A DNA stretch of 64,000 nt from Candidatus Eiseniibacteriota bacterium (lineage in GTDB: Bacteria > Eisenbacteria > RBG-16-71-46 > JABDJR01), in contig CAVYIE010000002.1 of NCBI GenBank assembly GCA_963768615.1, positions 133,930 to 197,929 on the forward strand, in the 5' to 3' direction. Each line of letters starts with the position of its first letter. Position 1 is the first letter of the stretch. The position numbers and the translations under genes were made by a program. The notes beneath the pieces are model-generated. The model worked only from the letters and a program-made list of their open reading frames with translations, was not told the origin of the DNA and made no database searches. Below are positions 61,412 to 64,000 of the stretch, piece after piece.

Positions 61412-61855
61412 ATGCCCGTCATCGCCACCTGGCGCCGGGAGGAGGAGTTCGAGGTCGGTTTCCCCGGGGGCGAGCGGATCGTCCTGGCCAGCCTGCCCGC
61501 GGAGCAGCGTCCGGGGCCCGGACCCGGCCCCATGGATGCGGTCCAGGCCGCCCTGGCCGGCTGCACCGGCGTGGACGTGGTGTCCATCCTGGCCAAGATG
61601 AGGAAGACCCTGAAGTCGCTCCGGATCCAGGTCGACGCCACCCGGCGGGAGGAACAGCCGCGGATCTACACCCGGCTCCACCTCACCTACCACGTGGACG
61701 GCCCGGATCTCGACCCGGCCTCGGTGACGCGGGCGGTGCGCCTCTCCCAGGACAAGTACTGCTCGGTGGCGGCCATGCTCCGGCCCGCCGTGGACCTGAG
61801 CTGGGGCATCGTGCTGAACGGGGAGGAGCTCCCGGCCCCGCCCGGGGAGGAGTGA
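61412..61855 (+). CDS. OsmC/Ohr-family peroxiredoxin-like protein
   Basis: 147 aa OsmC fold with the two conserved Cys (ALAGCTG, DKYCSVAAML). Confidence 0.8.
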   Translation: MPVIATWRREEEFEVGFPGGERIVLASLPAEQRPGPGPGPMDAVQAALAGCTGVDVVSILAKMRKTLKSLRIQVDATRREEQPRIYTRLHLTYHVDGPDLDPASVTRAVRLSQDKYCSVAAMLRPAVDLSWGIVLNGEELPAPPGEE

Positions 61856-61881
61856 GCCCGGCGCCGCCCCGGGACCGGTCC

Positions 61882-62271
61882 TCAGTCCTGGAAGGCGAGC
61901 ACGGGCTTCACGGTGCCGTCCGCACGGGCCTGGTCCCGGTAGTCCAGGATCAGGACCACGCTCCGGCCTCCCGCCCCCGAGGTGACCGTGCGGGGCCGGC
62001 ACTCCAGCTCCGGATGCCGGACCGTCACCACGTGCCGGCCGTCCTCGACCTCGAAGGCGGTCCGGGTGGCGGCGCCGAAGCCCTTCAGCACTCCCGCCAC
62101 CTCGCCGTCGATCTCGACCTCGAGGCCGGCGAAGTCCCTCGGGTACATCCCGTATTCGATCACGATGGTGGACCTGGGGCCGAACCTCCCCCCCGCGGCC
62201 AGGAAGCCCCCCAGCACGGCCAGCCCGGCCACCACGAAGACCATCTTGACCTTGAAGACGTTGAGAAACAT
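61882..62271 (-). CDS. Hypothetical membrane-anchored protein
   Basis: N-terminal TM (MVFVVAGLAVLGGFLAAGG) plus ~100-aa soluble domain. No family recognised. Confidence 0.35.
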   Translation of the reverse strand: MFLNVFKVKMVFVVAGLAVLGGFLAAGGRFGPRSTIVIEYGMYPRDFAGLEVEIDGEVAGVLKGFGAATRTAFEVEDGRHVVTVRHPELECRPRTVTSGAGGRSVVLILDYRDQARADGTVKPVLAFQD

Positions 62272-62400
62272 GGGGTTACCTCCGCGGATGCCGGGCCGGA
62301 ACCGCGACCGGCGCCGGCGCGCTCAAGATCCATATCGGCCGGCCGATCCTGAATCCTGACGAGAATCCGTGACCTATCCAAGCACCGGCGGAGGATCGAG

Positions 62401-62955
62401 ATGAACGGAAAGGGAACCCCCGGCCGGAGCCGCCGGGATCGCCTCGGCCCGGCGGCGGCCCTCCTCGTCCTCTGGGGCCTGGCCGGCTGCTCCCAACCCC
62501 TGATGGACGGGGCCCAGGTCCCCGGCCGGCCCGAGGGCTTCGTCTTCGACGCCAACTCCTCGGCGGCGCGGAAGGTGTTTCCCGACCGGCAGGTGCTCGA
62601 CCAGCGCAGCTACTTCACCGTCTCCGGGGAGTACTCCAACAGCATCATGATCACCGAGTACGCGGGGGAGACGGGCTACGAGGAGGTGCAGGCGGCCCGG
62701 GAGGCGGCGGAGGCCCGCTACGGCGGCAACACCGCGTACGGGCCCATCGACGCCACCGTGATCGACAAGCGCCCGGCCTGGACCTACCTGGTCACCCAGC
62801 GCTACCGGGGGGATATCTCCAGCCTCACCTATACCGCGGTGGTGTCCTACGGGAAGACCGGCCGCACCTACTCGGTGGAGTTCCACGCCTCCGATCCACG
62901 GTACATGGACGAGGCGCTCCTGGCCGGGGTGGTGAAGTCCTTCACCGTACGGTAG
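62401..62955 (+). CDS. Hypothetical lipoprotein
   Basis: Signal plus lipobox (LLVLWGLAGCS), ~150-aa mature domain. Confidence 0.5.
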   Translation: MNGKGTPGRSRRDRLGPAAALLVLWGLAGCSQPLMDGAQVPGRPEGFVFDANSSAARKVFPDRQVLDQRSYFTVSGEYSNSIMITEYAGETGYEEVQAAREAAEARYGGNTAYGPIDATVIDKRPAWTYLVTQRYRGDISSLTYTAVVSYGKTGRTYSVEFHASDPRYMDEALLAGVVKSFTVR

Positions 62956-62980
62956 GACTTGCGGCCCGCCGCCGCGCCTG

Positions 62981-64000
62981 CTACTTCGAGCCGCCGGGCA
63001 CGTCCCGGGCCACCAGCCCCTTCTCGTAGTCGCGGAAGAGCCGGCCCCAGTCCGTCTCGTCCAGGGTGGCCTGGACCCGCTTCCGGCCGTGGGTGGGGTA
63101 CCAGTAGACGTCGTGGTAGAGCTTGGAGGCGGCGTAGGACCAGGGCACGATGGGGCTCTGGAGGAGCATCTTCTCGAAGGGCTTGAGCGGCCCGTGGTAG
63201 ATCGCCTTCTGGCCCCTGGAGGCGAAGGTGTCCTCGTCCCCGTGGAACCCGAAGTTGATCTTGGAGATGTCCTCCCCCCTGACCTCGATGTCCCGCACGT
63301 CCCCGGTGCCCAGCTTCGCCTCGTGGGCCAGCCGGATGAACTTGATGGAGAGGGGGTCGAAGCCCATGAGCGAGGCCGAGACGGCGTCGATGGCCACCTG
63401 GTCGGCGGAGGCCAGCATGTAGCCCTTGATGTGGGGACGGATGGCCCGGGGGCCGGGGCCGTCGCCGCAGAAGGAGCCGTCGGTGACGGCGAAGATCCCG
63501 GGATGGATGTCCTTCTGGATGCGGAGGAGATCGACCAGGGTCTCGTGGATGACGGCGTGGGTCCAGTGCCGGCGGAAGTGGAGCAGGCCCCCGAAGGCGT
63601 TCTTCATCGCCCCGGTCATGGTGGTGAAGACGTGGGTCTTGACCGTGGGCAGGTGGATGATGTTCTTCCCGACCAGGAACCTGGGGATCCGGATCCCGTC
63701 CTTCTTGTAGACCTCGGGGAGGACCAGCATCTTCTCCTTGGGGACGTACTCGATCCACTCCTGGTCGGGATCGTTCAGGAAGGTCCGCTTCACCCCGTAC
63801 TTGTCGCACACCGGCTTCTGCTTGTTGGAGACCTCCCCCGCCCGGGAGTCCACCACCACGGTGTCGTTGTGGACCCCCCACAGGGTCTCGGGCCGGAAGC
63901 CGTCCTCGAGCAGGGTGCGGACCACCCCCTCGATCTGCCAGGGGGTGGTGGACACCCCCGGCATGTACAGGTGCCAGGACACGTTGATCTTGAGGCAGGT
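62981..64000 (-). CDS. DUF362-domain protein (ferredoxin-like), 5'-truncated by window edge
   Basis: The minus-strand ORF continues open past 63982 to the window end. DUF362-like conserved core (TVKTHVFTTMTGAMKNAFGGLL, AVTDGSFCGDGPGP). Confidence 0.7.
   Translation of the reverse strand, partial: TCLKINVSWHLYMPGVSTTPWQIEGVVRTLLEDGFRPETLWGVHNDTVVVDSRAGEVSNKQKPVCDKYGVKRTFLNDPDQEWIEYVPKEKMLVLPEVYKKDGIRIPRFLVGKNIIHLPTVKTHVFTTMTGAMKNAFGGLLHFRRHWTHAVIHETLVDLLRIQKDIHPGIFAVTDGSFCGDGPGPRAIRPHIKGYMLASADQVAIDAVSASLMGFDPLSIKFIRLAHEAKLGTGDVRDIEVRGEDISKINFGFHGDEDTFASRGQKAIYHGPLKPFEKMLLQSPIVPWSYAASKLYHDVYWYPTHGRKRVQATLDETDWGRLFRDYEKGLVARDVPGGSK

Overview
High-GC (~70%) bacterial chromosomal window, dense with housekeeping genes on both strands. 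It carries three accessory or structurally disturbed patches. Core content: class I fructose-bisphosphate aldolase and class 1 fructose-1,6-bisphosphatase; clpB; the mlaEFD-radA-ispD-ispF-ddl string; the yicC-gmk-rpoZ-coaBC-udg string; dnaB; an RqcH/NFACT protein; a lysine 6-aminotransferase; and a biotin carboxylase / biotin carrier / methylmalonyl-CoA mutase catalytic subunit / methylmalonyl-CoA epimerase set flanking an ECF sigma/anti-sigma pair. Two secreted proteins end in type-IX-secretion (T9SS) C-terminal sorting domains. That, with the BNR/Vps10 protein, the TPR Ser/Thr kinase and the GC content, suggests an FCB-group (Gemmatimonadota-like) organism; this is inference. Most unusual feature: at 8.15-12.7 kb, just downstream of clpB, two identical 97-bp pieces of a second, divergent clpB allele bracket a 4.3-kb mosaic (low-GC gene remnant, intact TPR Ser/Thr kinase, quinone-oxidoreductase fragment, transposase-like fragment). 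Also notable: an IS110-family element plus a DUF222-HNH gene at 42.9-45.7 kb; a cluster of DnaA-box-like motifs in a 750-bp AT-enriched gap upstream of dnaB; and two large genes interrupted by frameshifts, one at a G7 homopolymer. No CRISPR array, rRNA or tRNA was recognised.
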